Positions 38,400 through 52,167 are shown, counted from the stretch's first letter. The stretch is 64,000 bases of DNA from Mobula hypostoma (GCF_963921235.1 NC_086097.1:87918001-87982000), one strand, 5' to 3'. The notes: generated by a model not told the origin, from the sequence alone. Numbers and translations: made by a program.

Positions 38400-38720
38400 A
38401 GACCTCACCCCTGCTTGGATGTTTTTTCTTCTCCCCTTCCCATCGGACAGAAGACATGCAGCACCAGGCTTAAAGGACAACTTTTACCCTGCTGTTATAA
38501 GACTATTGAATGGTTCCCTGGTATGATGAGATCTTGACATCACACTCAACCTTGTCATGAACTTGCTCATTACCGTCTATTGCTCTGTAGCTGTTAAACT
38601 TGATTTTTCATTGATTTACCTTGTATTACCTCAGTGCATTGTGCACTGAATTAATATATATGAACACTATGCAAGAGGAGCTTTTCACTGTACCTCTATA
38701 CATGTGACAATAATAAACCA
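38400..38720 (+). mobile_element. Rex1/Babar LINE 3' end
   Basis: Decayed LP.G..-TRLK-FYPAVIRLLN C-terminal motif and tail ttttcactgtacct...catgtgacaataataaacc. Confidence 0.65.
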
Positions 38721-41368
38721 GACCCAAATTCAAACAGGCATCTATCCCCTCCTCTTCACAGATCTCTCAGTCCATTATTAGTAAATACCATCTTGCCCAG
38801 GTGCTTGCTAAGACATGAGCCCCTTTTGTACCCCCTAAAGCAGTTGATTTTGTAGTAAATACTCAACACTGCATTCTTCATCTGAAACTTCTCCACAGTA
38901 ATAGCCCCCTTTGGTCCTCCTACTCTTCAGCATTGTCAGCTCTCCATGTGAGGTGCCTTGGCAAAGTGTATCTGGAATAAATTATGTATCCACAGGCCAT
39001 CCCTAAGCAACCTGAAAAGTTGTTATTACACATGTCCATAAGTTGATTTTGTCTATGTCAGAAAGTACACGGAAATTACTTGACCAGATCTCCACTGTAT
39101 TGTAATGCAGAGTATTAAAGATACCTAAGACTGATCAGAAAGAACAATCACTAAAAGTGGATAGACAGACAGAGAGAGAAAGAGAACTGTCATTCATTTG
39201 TGCATCCCTCAAACTTTTGAATTAACAGTACAATGGGGACTCGATCATTCATATTAGCATCTATTAAGACAAGTGATCATAACCTGAGGACAGTCTGCAC
39301 AGCAAATATTTCCATAACTTTGAAAATCCGGAGTTATATTCTCTCTGAATCAACACAACATGAAAATGATTACAGCAATTAAGTTTTAAACTTTCTGGGG
39401 GTGTTTGGGAACCCTCCATAAGATTAAAGTGCTTGGTCTATCTGAGTAGATGTTCTTTAAGAGTCCTGAGGAAACCAGAGGGAGCTTTGCTTCCTTTGAT
39501 AGTATGTGAGGAATTTGCCCTTCTTAGTAATGAGCAAAGTTCAAACCTTTCAGCATGATTACTTGTAAGAGTTCTGTTGCTTTCTATCCACTCTTACACT
39601 GTTCTCATGTTTAATGAAAGGCCAGTGTGTCTTAATGACCTCAGATTCACAATCTTTCCCTCTGCAGTTATTCAAAAAAAGAACACAGATAAAGTGAACA
39701 ATTTATCTGTTGTGTCTGTGCAGAGCCATAAATCAGATAATTACATGACTGTTCTCATTCAAAGCGGTTCCATACAGTCGATTTCCTGGAAGTGAATAAG
39801 CTATTTGTATCAAACTTTTATTCAAGTGCAATTATAGAAGACAATGTCATGTTCATGGGACAATAATTTGCCGTTCTTATCTGTTCCCTAACTGTCAATT
39901 AAGATTACATAGACTGTTGCACCACAGGTTGGTTTTATCTATGCTCCTGCTTGCAAATTTCCTGATCTAAATACATTTGGGAATTTTCCCTCCAACAGTT
40001 GCCTGATTGCTCAATCCTTGCCCAAGCAATTGCTCATGTTTCATCATCACCACTCATCGCACATTTCACCCCGAGGGTGACATCGATCTTGGGGATATTG
40101 CAAATTGACAACGCCAAGAGCAAAACTGCAGAGGAGAGATCACTTAAAGGATAATTATAGCCTCCATCCCACCAGTCATCAGTGAATACTTTTACTAGTA
40201 AGCATGGAAGTAATTATCCTCTCGGAGGATCAGCTCTCTTCTGGATCAGATACTGAGATCAAATAGTGATTTTGAGTGATTCCAGTCATCTTTTGCAGGG
40301 GATTTATTTTAGAACATTATCTTGTTCTCAACTGCTTGATGCACTAGGTATTTTTTAAAAAAATCATTAATCACTGATCTCCAAGCTGTAAAAGTGCATG
40401 AACTTGAGATGACAAGAAATGGAGAACAGTAAGGTCCAGTCATTTTCTGGAAGTTGTATTCGATCATAATGGATGAGAGGTCTTTCATGCACCAGTAATT
40501 GACTATCAGAGAGAGTACTCAGGATCTGAAGGTCAGTTTCAAAAATAAAAAGGCTTCTTACTGTTACAGCTTTGATATAAATGCATTTGTGATTGGTTTG
40601 CTGACTGCCAACTTCTAAGCTCAAATGAAGATGGTAAGCCCTATTGGATATAAATAGCTACAAGTACTCTCAGTAAAGGGAATTTATACTGTAGCTACCC
40701 GATCTTCAAAGACTAATTCACTTCCTGTTTATTCTCCACGGCGGGTTTAGCAGCCAATACTCACTATTTGAGTGGTGGGTCCCCTCTTCTGAACAAGGAA
40801 GAGTTACCTCCACTAATAAAGCAGTTCCCTTATTTTCATTGATATTCATTTAAATCCAAACAACTTTCTTAAAGCACATTTAACACTCACAGAGGATTTC
40901 TATCTTAAACATTTCCAAAACACAAGTACAATTCCTATAAACTGGAAAGACATGCCAACAATGCCAATGAATGAATCATCAGTTGCAGAAATCGAAGCCA
41001 GACGAATGGATTCTTGTTCACCCCATGTTTCTTCATGAGCCTTAGTATTCCTTACCCAATTCCTAATAAGCCTGAACTGCTCTCTACACTTACACCTTTT
41101 CTTTATGACTTGAGCGACTTCACACGTATTTCCTCATATATCCTTTTTACACGAAACGTCTAAAATCTTCCTGGGGACATATGCAACTCTCTCACCAGGG
41201 CTCATATACAAACTTGGCTCATTAGATAACTCTGCTGATGACTATGTGACTCAGTGGTGAAAAGGCGACCTTTCAGAAACTACAACGTTTGTATATATGT
41301 CTGGGGTCAGTATGATTTGGGGTTCCACCAAACAGGAAAGTTAGGATGTTTCGATTAAGGAACATGAT

Positions 41369-42073
41369 TGTAGCGAATGCTGTGTAAATACTGCTCACAC
41401 CACAATTATCGATTGCTAAGAAATGACAGATCGTACACTCGCATAAAATTATAAAGGAAGTATATTTACCAACTTTTCAACTTTAACGAACAGTTACTAG
41501 GAAAAGAAAAGAAAGATTAAAGGGCCCATTAGAGTTAAACCGGTCCAATGTGCACATAAATGTTGGAGCTCATTTCTGGAGTAGTCAGGTGTATCGCTTT
41601 ACTCATACGCTCAACCCACATTTCCGCATGAAGGACACCAGCCACAGTTTGAACTTCCCTCCAAGATATTCTCAAATGAACTGACTAACTCAGGAGTATT
41701 TGGCACTTCCTCCTAAGAACCATTTGCTGCACAAAGCACTTCTTACAATGGGGTCTCTCCTTCAAACACAATTCTGCGGCATCTTTCCTTGTTCCCCACT
41801 CAGCAGCTCCTGCCCAAAAGACCCCAAACTAGACTACTGTCCTTCAGAAAACTGATCCCACCCAGCTCTTCTGAACCTTCCACTGGGCAGAAAGTTATGT
41901 CATGTACCCAGACAGTCCTGCTTGCTAACACAACATTCCTAGGTTAGGCAACATGGCTCCTTTAGCCAAAGGCAAAATAACATTACTAGCAGGACACGCT
42001 GCTTTACAGAAGACTTCTAAAATAAAAAAAAACCTCACAGCATAGTAGTAGAAATCTTACCCAGGGCATTACA
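41369..42073 (-). mobile_element. Possible solo LTR (about 705 bp)
   Basis: Bounded by TGTAgcg ... catTACA (TG..CA with short inverted termini), but no matching TSD found. Confidence 0.4.
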
Positions 42074-43752
42074 CGTAGTTCCCAGTGACCTACAAATAAA
42101 GCTGTAAAGACAACTTCCTTGAGTATATAAAACTTCCATCATTAATAGATCAGTTATTGATATGCTATCCATCCGGTCTGCAAACTTCCTTGAATAAAGC
42201 AACTTAGTCAGCTTCTCTATTTTGAAACATACCGTATTATGTAATCCATCATCTTATACTGCACTTCTGGAGCAGCTATTAGACAGAGCGTTATGAGCCA
42301 ATTAACTTGTGCTATAAACACAGGTTGTTTGCAAGATGCCCTAAAGACAGTGCTTTGTTTTAACTTCAAACTAATTTCAGCTTGCTATTTACATTTTAAA
42401 AATTGAAGACTGGCTCCTATTTATGACCAGAAGCTAATAACTGTTTGATGTTACAAGTGGAAGCAGTGGTGTTTAGAAAGCGAGCTTGGCAAAACTTGAG
42501 AAACCCTGGCCTAGGAAGTGAATATCCATCACAGATTGGGCTGGGAATGGACACCGATAGTAAACAGCTGTGGTTGAATGACACATGGCACACATGTCAA
42601 TGAATAGGCTGAAGTTCAGTCTTATTGAGAATCTATAGCCTCAGACTTCCCTTTCATTCTTGCAGCTAGAAGGCTGCATAAGTGTCTGATTGTTGTCAGC
42701 AAACAACAATTTAGTATGCTGTCTTTGCTCCTCATGACTGTCCCTGACCAGATTTATAGGCCAATGTGTACTTCGAGCAGTATATATTTTAAAAAAATCT
42801 GTAGGCAGGTTTTTGCCTGTGCGATATTTTGCCTTGAATTGAACATGTAGTGGCGGGTGGGTGAGGAATGACTTATAGCTATGCATAATCTAAAGAAATT
42901 TCTGTCCTATCCATTTAATGAACTTAAACTATAATACATAATTCTATCCTTCCAATTAAATCCTCTTTTTTAGCTCTGTCTAAGCATTACTATACACAAT
43001 AATCCTGAGTAGCATAGGATATTCCAGAGCTTTTTGTTAGATTCCTGGTGCTGAAGACTAGATGTGGAAAAAATGTTTTCTCGGAATATGGGGGATATTA
43101 AAAAACAGGAGTGTTGCTGCTTCTTGAAAGGCAATGAATTGCCTTGATAAAAGACACAGTTCATGGTAGTCTCAGCCTTTAAACACAAGCTGTAACCAAG
43201 TAAAACCAAATGGGTGAATACCTGACTCTGATAGTAAAGGCTAGCTATAAATATTAGCAGGCTATTTGGCTGTGAGAGGCAAGAATGACAAAGAAATAGA
43301 GATTAGATAGAGGAAGACTGAGTATGGGTTAGCAATGAAAAGAATTTGAATTGGAGTTGCTCATAGATTGGTGGAGGAAAGAAGCAAGATTTGGATATGA
43401 ATTTGCATATACATGAAAAGTGCATGGATTAGGAGAGGGTAAAGATTTCAGCAGAATTGAATGAACAGAGAAGAAGAAGTTGCATTTACATATCACCCTG
43501 TCTTTCGCTATCAACTCATCCCAATGTGCTTCTTACCCAATGGTGTACTTTTTAATGTTTAGCCTGTCATAAATGTGGGAAGCGCTGTAGCCAACTAGCA
43601 AAAAAAATCTGACAATCTGATTTGAGGTAATCACCAAATAACTTACTTTATTAAATCCTGAATGAGAGGGAAGTTCTTATTTCCTTGGCACTATTTATGT
43701 TTTTGAAAGAATTGACAAGATTTCATTTCAACAGCTTGCTGATTTCACTGCT

Positions 43753-44370
43753 ACACTCCATCAGTGTCATTGTCAAAGTTCAGCGGTACTGTGATCGGTA
43801 GTACTGGACTGTGCTCTTGCTCCCTGCACACAAACAGAAGCTGAAATAGGAGAATCTGGTAAAGAAAATCATACAGTCCTGGTCTGAGGAAATTGATGAG
43901 CTTCTGCGTGACTTCTTTGAGTTGGTAGACTGGCCCTTGCTCAGACTTAGCTGCCAGCCTAGATGGGGATGTCACTATCATTACAGACTTTATCAGCAGC
44001 TGTGTTGAGGGCTGTGTACCAAAGAGGACATCTGGGTCTTCCCAAACAGGAAGCCATGGATGAACCAGGAGATCCATTCCCTAGGCCTGCAGCATTCAAG
44101 TCAGATGACCCTGACCTTTACAAGAAGTCGAGATACGACCTCTATAAAGCTATGAAAGATGCTAAGAGACAGTATCAGTCCAAAATTGAGTCCCAGACCA
44201 GGCGTCAGTTGTGGCAGAATTTACGTGCTGTAATGGGTTATGGAATGAGGTCAGGCAGTATCGCTGACAACAGCACACCCCTTCCTTTTGAGCATAATGG
44301 ATTTTATGCGTGGATTGAACAGAAAGGAATTGATATGTCGCCACCCAACTCAACACCTCCAGTGCAACTG
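43753..44370 (+). mobile_element. Rex1/Babar LINE internal ORF fragment (endonuclease-RT linker)
   Basis: AAFKSDDPDLYKKSRYDLYKAMKDAKRQYQSKIES...RQLWQNL, plus upstream FPNRKPWMNQE in another frame. Confidence 0.8.
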
Positions 44371-44929
44371 AACTAGGATGCGGTGGGCATTTTGTCCGAT
44401 CATTAATAACCACCAGTGACACATTTGTGAATTGATTTAACTTTTACAAATAGTTGACTGAGATCCAGTTAGTTGGTAATCATTATTCATTTCCAAAGAA
44501 ATTCCTAAGTGCAAAACCGAGAGCAACATGAGCAAGGGTAATTTAAATTTGTGAACATCAAAAACCATTTCCTGTGTGTTTCCATAGAGGCACAGGGGCT
44601 TCATTCATTATATAAGTGTCAGAATCTCAGAGCCTTGGTTCAGCTGACAGCTTTAAAACCAGTTGTATGAGGGCAGGATTAGCAAAGCGTGTGAGGATGT
44701 TTGAATGAGAGGGCTCGCTTTCAGGCTGCAGTCTTTTTAAGGCACTCGCTTTATTGCAAAGGACCTATTTTATTTGTACAGATAAAATATTCCACTACTA
44801 ATGACGGACGATGCAAAGGATTTTATGCTAACTATCAGTGAAGAGTCGAGGTGATGTGTAATGCTGAAGATAATTTAGTGACACAGCTTGGAGTAAGCCC
44901 TTGCAGCCACACTGCCTCAGCAGCCCCTG

Positions 44930-45150
44930 GTAAACCCAATTAACCCGAGCCTAGTCATGGGACAATTCACAAAGATCTATTAACCTACATCCCTGGACCG
45001 TGGGAGGAAACTGGAGGATGCGGAGAAAATCCCTGTTTTCCACGGGCTGGGGTGGGGTATGTACAGATACTCCTTCCAGAACGGTGTCGGAATTGGACCC
45101 TGAACTCCGGGACGCTCGGAGCTGTGAGAGCGTCAAGCTAACAACACTAC
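44930..45150 (-). mobile_element. V-SINE/HE1-like SINE
   Basis: Reverse strand has ggagttcagggtccaattccg...tttcctcccacggtccagggatgtaggttaatagatctttgtgaattgtccc. Confidence 0.7.
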
Positions 45151-45270
45151 ATGATGCCCAATAAAGATCCACAACAGTGTGTGCAAGGTTTCATACTAAT
45201 CTTCTTCAATATTGTCTCATTGTTGACCAGCTGCTGGAGGGAAAAACCCACGCATGGAAAAGGAACAGCT

Positions 45271-45436
45271 CTAGTTCATCAGTCTGATGGCCTGGTGGAA
45301 GAAGCTGTCCCGGAGCCTGTTGGTCCTGGCTTTTATGCTGCTGTACTGCTTCCCGAATGGTAGCAGCTGGAATAGATTGTGGTTGGGATGACTTGGGTCC
45401 CCAATGATCCTACAGGCCCTTTTTACACACTTGTCC
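45271..45436 (-). mobile_element. Rex1/Babar LINE C-terminal fragment
   Basis: Reverse strand translates HPNHNLFQLLPFGKQYSSIKARTNRLRDSFFHQAIRLMN. Confidence 0.75.
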
Positions 45437-45908
45437 TTGCAGACATCCCACCCTGAAAAAACTCATTTCCGGGAGGTAGCACCATCAATTGGCGGGAGAC
45501 TTCCGGGAGAGGTGAGATGTCTGCAATAGAGTAGCTCCTTAGCAGCCGACCAGCTAGTTTAAATAACGTTAGCTATGCTGATGAACGAATGACACCTGTT
45601 AAACTCACCTCAACATGTCTTTTACAGTCTTAACCCACCATGGGCAATAGAAAAGTCACTGTTGCAAATAATGCAGCGAGCAACACTGTCATTATTTTGA
45701 CCCCTGTTAGGCAGGGGTACACTTTAGTGTGGTCTGGGGTGACGTACGTTTTATATTTTTTTTGGAGCGCTCTGCCATGGCGCGCTCTCGCTCGCTCTCT
45801 CTCCCTCTCTCGCTCTCCCTCTCTCGCTCTCGCTTGCTCTCAAAAAATTGATTTCCGTGATATTGTATATAATTTGCGGGCATCAGGGAGCCACTATTAA
45901 TATGTGGG
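45437..45908. mobile_element. Unclassified non-autonomous element with terminal stem-loop and (CT/CTCG)n microsatellite, possibly Helentron-associated
   Basis: 16-bp inverted repeat at 45437-45452 / 45511-45526 with 1 mismatch, CpG-retaining body, microsatellite at about 45785-45840. Abuts a CR1 on the right. Confidence 0.5.
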
Positions 45909-47830
45909 TAATGTTAGGTGATGTTAGAGATCTAGAAGATTATAAGGGTAACAGGAAGGAGGTTAAGAAGGAAATTTAGGAGAGCCAGAAGGGGCCATGA
46001 GAAGGCCTTGGTGGGCAGGATTAAGGAAAACCCCAAGACATTCTACAAGTATGTGAAGAGCAAGAGGATAAGACATGAAAGAGTAGAACCTATCAAGTGT
46101 GATAGTGGGAAAGTGTGTATGGAACCGGAGGAAATCGCAGAGGTACTTAATGAATACTTTACTTCAGTATTCACTATGGAAAAGGATCTTGGTCAGTGTA
46201 GTGATGACTTGCAGCAGACTGAAAAGCTTGAGCATGTAGATATTAAGAAAGAGGATGTGCTGGAGCTTTTGGAAAGCATCAAGTTGGATAAGTCGTCATA
46301 ACCAGATGAGATGTATCCCAGGCTACTGTGGGAGGCGAGGAAGGAGATTACTGAGCCTCTGGCGATGATCTTTGCATCATCAATGGGGACGGGAGAGGTT
46401 CCGGAGGATTGGAGGGTTGCAGATGTTGTTCCATTATTCAAGAAAGGGAGTAGAGATAACCCAGGAAATTATAGACCAGTGAGTCTTACTTCAGTGGTTG
46501 GTAAATTGATGGAGAAGATCCTGAGAGGCAGGATTTATGAACAGTTGGAGAGGTATAGTATGATTAGGAATAGTCAGCATGGCTTTGTCAAGGGCAGGTC
46601 ATGCCTTACGAGCCTGATTGAATTTTTTGAGGATGTGACTAAACACATTGATGAAGGAAGAGCAGTAGAAACAGTGTATATGGATTTCAGCAAGGCATTT
46701 GAAAAGGTACCCCATGCAAGGCTTATTGAGAGAGTAAGGAGGCATGGGATCCAAGGGGTCATTGCTTTGTGGATCCAGAACTGGCTTGCCCACAGAAGGC
46801 AAAGCGTGGTTGTAGCAGGTCATATTCTGCATGGATGTCAGTGACCAGTGGTGTGCCTCAGGGATCTGTTCTGGGACCCTTACTATTCGTGATTTTTATA
46901 AATGACCTGGATGAGGAAGTGGAGGGATGGTTTAGTAAGTTTACTGATATCGCAAAGTTTGGAGGTGTTGTGGATAGTGTGGAGGGCTGTCAGAGTTTAC
47001 AGCGGGGCATTGATAGGATGCAAAACTGGGCTGAAAAGTAGCAGATGGAGTTCAACCCAGATAAGTGTGAAGTGGTTCATTTTGGTAGGTCAAATATGAT
47101 GGCAGAATATAGTATTAATGGTAAGACTCTTGGCAGTGTGGAGGATCAGAAGGATCTTGGGGTCCAAGTCCATAAGACACTCAAAACAGCCTCGCAGATT
47201 GACTCTGTGGTTAAGAAGGCATACAGTGTATTGGCCTTCATCAATTGTGGAATTGAACTTAGGAGCCGAGAGGTAATGTTGCAGCTATATATGACCCTGG
47301 TCAGACCCCACTTGGAGTACTGTTCTCAGTTCTGGTCACCTCGCTACAGGAAGGATGCAATGGAGATTTACAAGGATGCTGCCTGGATTGGGGAGCATGC
47401 CTTATGAGAACAGGTTGAGTGAACTCGGCCTTTTCTCCTTCGAGCGACGGAGGATGAGAGGTGACCTGATAGAGGTGTATAAGATGATGAGAGGCATTGA
47501 TCATGTGGATAGTCAGAGGCTTTTTCCCAGGGCTGAAATGGTTGCCACAAGAGGACACAGGTTTAAGGTGCTAGGGAGTAGGTACAGAGGAGATGTCAGG
47601 GGTAAGCTTTTTACTCAGAGAGTGGTGAGTGCATGGAATGGACTGCAGGCAATGGTGGTGGAGGCGGATACGACAGGGTCTTTTAAGAGACTTTTAGATA
47701 AGTACATGGAGCTTAGAAATATAGGGGACTATGGGTAAGCCTAGTAATTTCTAAGGTAAGAATATGTTTGGCACAACTTTGTGGGCCGAAGGGCCTGTAT
47801 TGTGCTGTAGGTTTTCTATGTTTCTATGTT
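45909..47830 (+). mobile_element. 5'-truncated CR1 LINE, ORF2 RT region disrupted by stops and frameshifts
   Basis: ORF pieces 46008..46301, 46311..46844 (NYRPVSLTS, DFSKAF), 46769..47041 (GVPQGSVLGP), 47045..47407 and 47355..47738, then a (ttctatgt)n tail. Confidence 0.95.
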
Positions 47831-47979
47831 TTTGTTTGAGACAAGGCCAATCAATGTAGTGGCGTCGGCAAATTTAATTAGCAGATTGGAGTGGTGGGTG
47901 GGGAGTAAAGGGAGGGAGTCAGTATGCTATCTGTATCTCACCACACTACAGAATATTGGTACCGGCCGTCAGGCAGAGC

Positions 47980-48700
47980 AGGGCTGAGTGGACAAAGACT
48001 GGAAAATGGAGTATAATCTGGGAAAATGTGAAACTGCTCATTCTGTTGCAAATATAATGATATAAATGGTGAGCGATTGAAGAGCTCTGAGGTGTAGAAG
48101 TGTCTAAGCGTCCAAATGCATGATCTGTAAAAGCTGACATACAGATAGAGCAAGTGAGTAGGAAAACTAACAGAACATTGCTGAGGGGATTAATTACAAA
48201 GTTAGGGACTATATGCTTCAGGATTGAGATCAAATGTGAGGTACCGTGTACCTTATTTACAGATGCAAATAAACATGTTGGAGGCAAATCAGAAAAGCTC
48301 TACCAGACTAATACACTGAAATGGAAAGGCTGGACGGACTGGGCTTATAACTAGAAGTTAGGCGAGCCAGTGGGGTGGGGGGGGAGGGGTCCATGAGTAA
48401 AGCATCTAAGATCCTGAGGAATTGTGACAGGAAGGACCCAGAGAGGATCTTTCCGCTTGTGGGACAACCTATCACTTCCAGCAACTTTAGATATAAAGTG
48501 TCACCTATTATTGATGGAGATTAAGTGATTTTTAAAATCATTCTTAAGTCAGAAGTAGAGAGCTTCTCAAAAACAAGAGGTTACTCTGAGTAAGCAGGAA
48601 TGCAGAGTGAATATTGCAATAAGATCAGCCATAGTCCCACTTGACGTTAGACCAGGGCAAAGAGGCTGGCTGCCAGGCCTGCTCCTACTCATAATTGCGA
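47980..48700 (+). mobile_element. Old CR1 LINE 3' fragment
   Basis: Decayed ggaaaatggagtataatctgggaaaatgtgaa and aagatcagccat...cctgctcctact tail. Confidence 0.6.
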
Positions 48701-49044
48701 AATTCATAATATTTGCTGCACCTGAAATTTGGTTAATTTTTACAGACCACCAAAAAAAAACCTTTACCAGAAGCTGAAGGACCCATCATTTTACAGAAAG
48801 ACACTGAATTTGTGTTGTTGCCTTGGATACAAATAACACAAGTAATTTCCAGCAGAGGGTCTGAGCTGCTTTATCTGCCCTCATTTTCAAGAACTCCAGT
48901 GTAATTTTCTTTCTTACTGGTTTTATTTTATCCATCTAATGTTTCCTGGAATGCAACACAGTTTATTTGATCAATCAGATTACATATTTAAGTATGCTGA
49001 TGCTGTCTTCAATAATAAAATAACTAAAATTCTGAGGCCAGATC

Positions 49045-49620
49045 ACACGTACTCTCTGACTCAAACATATTTCTATTTTACGTGTGCACAAGGAGAACAG
49101 TGTGGCCCCTGTCACCTACACCATTCTGAACTCCGAACAGAAACTGCTATTTTATTTAGAATTGGATTATCAGTTACAGATATTGACCATTGGGTAAATT
49201 TTATATGTTTAAACTCATTACTTGCAAGATCAATCACCATTCGCAATAGAGGTGTTAAAAGTCAATTGAAACTTCAGGCTGACAACTGATGATATTTTGA
49301 AGTTAGACAAGCAATTGCCCCTTAGTTATTGGGTGTATTTCACATTATTCCATTATTCCTATCTCATCTGGTTTCAGCAGTGCCTATGTGAAAAGGGGCA
49401 CAATGTTTTAGTAAAAGTCTTAGTAAAAGTTTTTAGAAAAGTCTCAGTGCAGATGCCTTACTTGTTTGGCTTGAATACACACTGCCACAGTCACCCCCAC
49501 CTGTAGTAAGCAGAGGTGTCTACGCAGTCTTATTTCAAAGATCTCACTTGACTACAACTGCCGCAGGCTATTCTATCCTGCACGTTGTCCTTAACCTTTG
49601 CCTCAGTGCAACTTCCACAC
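49045..49620. repeat. Unclassified old interspersed repeat, copy 2
   Basis: Collinear similarity to about 2475-3055. Confidence 0.8.
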
Positions 49621-50728
49621 TGATATTTCAAGCTTTAAGTTTAGGCTATCAAATATTAATAGACAAAATATTATCCTCTGCATGATGTAGCCATTCCATC
49701 CCCACAGTTCCCCTGACTGGATCTACCACGGTAATCTGTTTTCCAAACAAAATTTTAATCTTGCTGCAGTACTGTTGAGTGGAAGAATGCTTGCATCCAT
49801 TGTATCTTTCTAATACCCTCAACACTTCTGAACTTGGCAGCTCAGTCAATTGTAAAATGACTGCTGCAATTGTCTCTTTGCAGAAGATCGCACAAGAAAC
49901 ATGCCAGAATAATGAGAACCAAGTGTCAAGCAGGATTGGGGAGCTTAAGGAAGTTTGTGTCAGTATTGTACTCAATGTTGATGAGACTGAAATCTAATCA
50001 ATCCCAAGAGCAAACAAATACAACCCAGAATTTTGAAAGAGCTAGCTATAGAGGTAGTGGATGCTTCGATAACTTATCTCCACAGGTTCAACAAATACTG
50101 TTATTGGTCCTGTGAATTGGATGGATGCAAAGGGGGTCCCACCTTGTAAGGTTGAAGGCAGAATGTGTGGAAGAGGGAGAGGAAAAATTAGGGACCTACG
50201 AACTTGTTAGGCTAATATTGGTAGAAGGGATCAGACTGGAATTTTTTTTCATGAAGGATTTAATAATAGAACATCTAGAAATATTAATAGTCTTGAGCAG
50301 GAACAGTATGGATTTAAATATATTTGATTAAATCTATCTTAATACCATGAGGACTTATATACTAATAGAACTAAGGGATGAGGTTTATCTAGATTTTCAG
50401 AAGAGTTTTCATGACCTCCCAGAGAGGTAGGTCAATATTTAACTTACAGAAATCAAAGATTGGGAATAAAAGATGTTTTTGAGATTAGCAGGCTATGTCT
50501 AGTTGAGCTATTACAGGGATAAGCGTTTGGATCTAACTATTTCAAAATCTAGATCAATAATTTGGTTGAGTAGATCAAATGTAACATTTCCAAATTTACT
50601 GATGTTGCAAAACTAAGTCAAATTTAGAGTAAACACGAGGAAATCTGCAGATGTTGGAATTTCAAGCAACACACATAAAAGTTGCTGGTGAACGCAGCAG
50701 GCCAGGCAGCATCTCTAGGAAGAGGTAC

Positions 50729-50764
50729 AGTCGACGTTTCGGGCCGAGACCCTTTGGCAGGATT
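50729..50764 (-). ncRNA. Degenerate minimal hammerhead motif (core CUGCCAA instead of CUGACGA)
   Basis: Reverse strand aatc-CTGCCAA-aGGGtctcggCCC-GAAACGTC-gact. Confidence 0.55.
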
Positions 50765-52131
50765 AACTGAAAGAAGAGATAGTAAGAGATTTGAAAGTGG
50801 GGGGGGGGGGGAGATCCGAAATGATAGGAGAAGACAAGAGGGGGAGGGATGGGGCCAAGAGCTGGACAGGTGATTGGCAAAAGGGATATGAGAGGATCAT
50901 GGGACAGGAGGCCTAGGGAGAAAGAAAAGGGGGAGGGGGGAAAAACCCAGAGGATGGGCAAGGGGTATAGTGAGGGGGACAGAGGGAGAAAAAGGAGAGA
51001 GAGAAAAAGAATGTGTGTATATAAATAAATAACGGATGGGGTACGAGGGGGAGGTGGGGCATTAGCGAAAGTTTGAGAAGTCAATGTTCATGCCATCAGG
51101 TTGGAGGCTACCCAGACGGAATATAAGGTGCTGTTCCTCCAACCTGAGTGTGGCTTCATCTTTACAGTAGAGGCGGCCGTGGATAGACATTTCAGAATGG
51201 GAATGGGACGTGGAATTATAATGTGTGGCCACTGGGAGATCCTGCTTTCTCTGGCGGACAGAGTGTACGTGTTCAGCAAAGCTGTCTCCCAGTCTGCGTC
51301 GGGTCTCACCAATATATAAAAGGCCACATCGGGAGCACCGGACGCAGTATATCACCCCAGCCGACTCACAGGTGAAGTGTTGCCTCACCTGGAAGGACTG
51401 TCTGGGGCCCTGAATGGTGGTAAGGGAGGAAGTGTAAGGGCATGTGTAGCACTTGTTCCACTTACAAGGATAAGTGCCAGGAGGGAGATCGGTGGGGAGG
51501 GATCTGGGGGGGGAAATGAATGAACAAGGGAGTTACATAGGGAGCGATCACTGTGGAAAGCAGCGGGGGAGGGAAAGATGTGCTTAGTGGTGGGATCCTG
51601 TTGGAGGTGGCGGAAGTTATGGAAAATTATATGTTGGACCCGGAGGCTGGTGGGGCGGTAGGTGAGGACAAGGGGAACCCGTCCCATTCCCATTCTGCTA
51701 TGTCCATCCGCGGCCTCCTTTACTGTAAAGATGAAGCCACACTCAGGTTGGAGGAACAGCACCTTATATTCCGTCTGGGTAGCCTCCAACCTGATGGCAT
51801 GAACATTGACTTCTCAAACTTCCGCTAATGCCCCACCTCCCCCTCATACCCCATCCATTATTTATTTATATACACACTTTCTTTCTCTCACTCTCCTTTT
51901 TCTCCCTCTGTCCCCCTCACTACACCCCTTGCCCATCCTCTGGGTTTTTCCCCCTTCCCCCTTTTCTTTCTCCCTAGGCCGCCTGTCCCATGATCCTCTC
52001 ATATCCCTTTCGCCAATCAACTATCCAGCTCTCGGCTCCATCCCTCCCCCTCCTGTCTTCTCCTGTCATTTCGGATCTCCCCGCCCCCCCCCGGCCCACT
52101 TTCGAATCTCTTACTATCTCTTCTTTCAGTT

Positions 52132-52167
52132 AGTCCTGACGAAGGGTCTCGGCCCAAAACGTCGACT
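52132..52167 (+). ncRNA. Degenerate minimal hammerhead motif (GAAA changed to AAAA)
   Basis: agtc-CTGACGA-aGGGtctcggCCC-AAAACGTC-gact with a perfect 4-bp stem I (agtc/gact). Confidence 0.6.
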
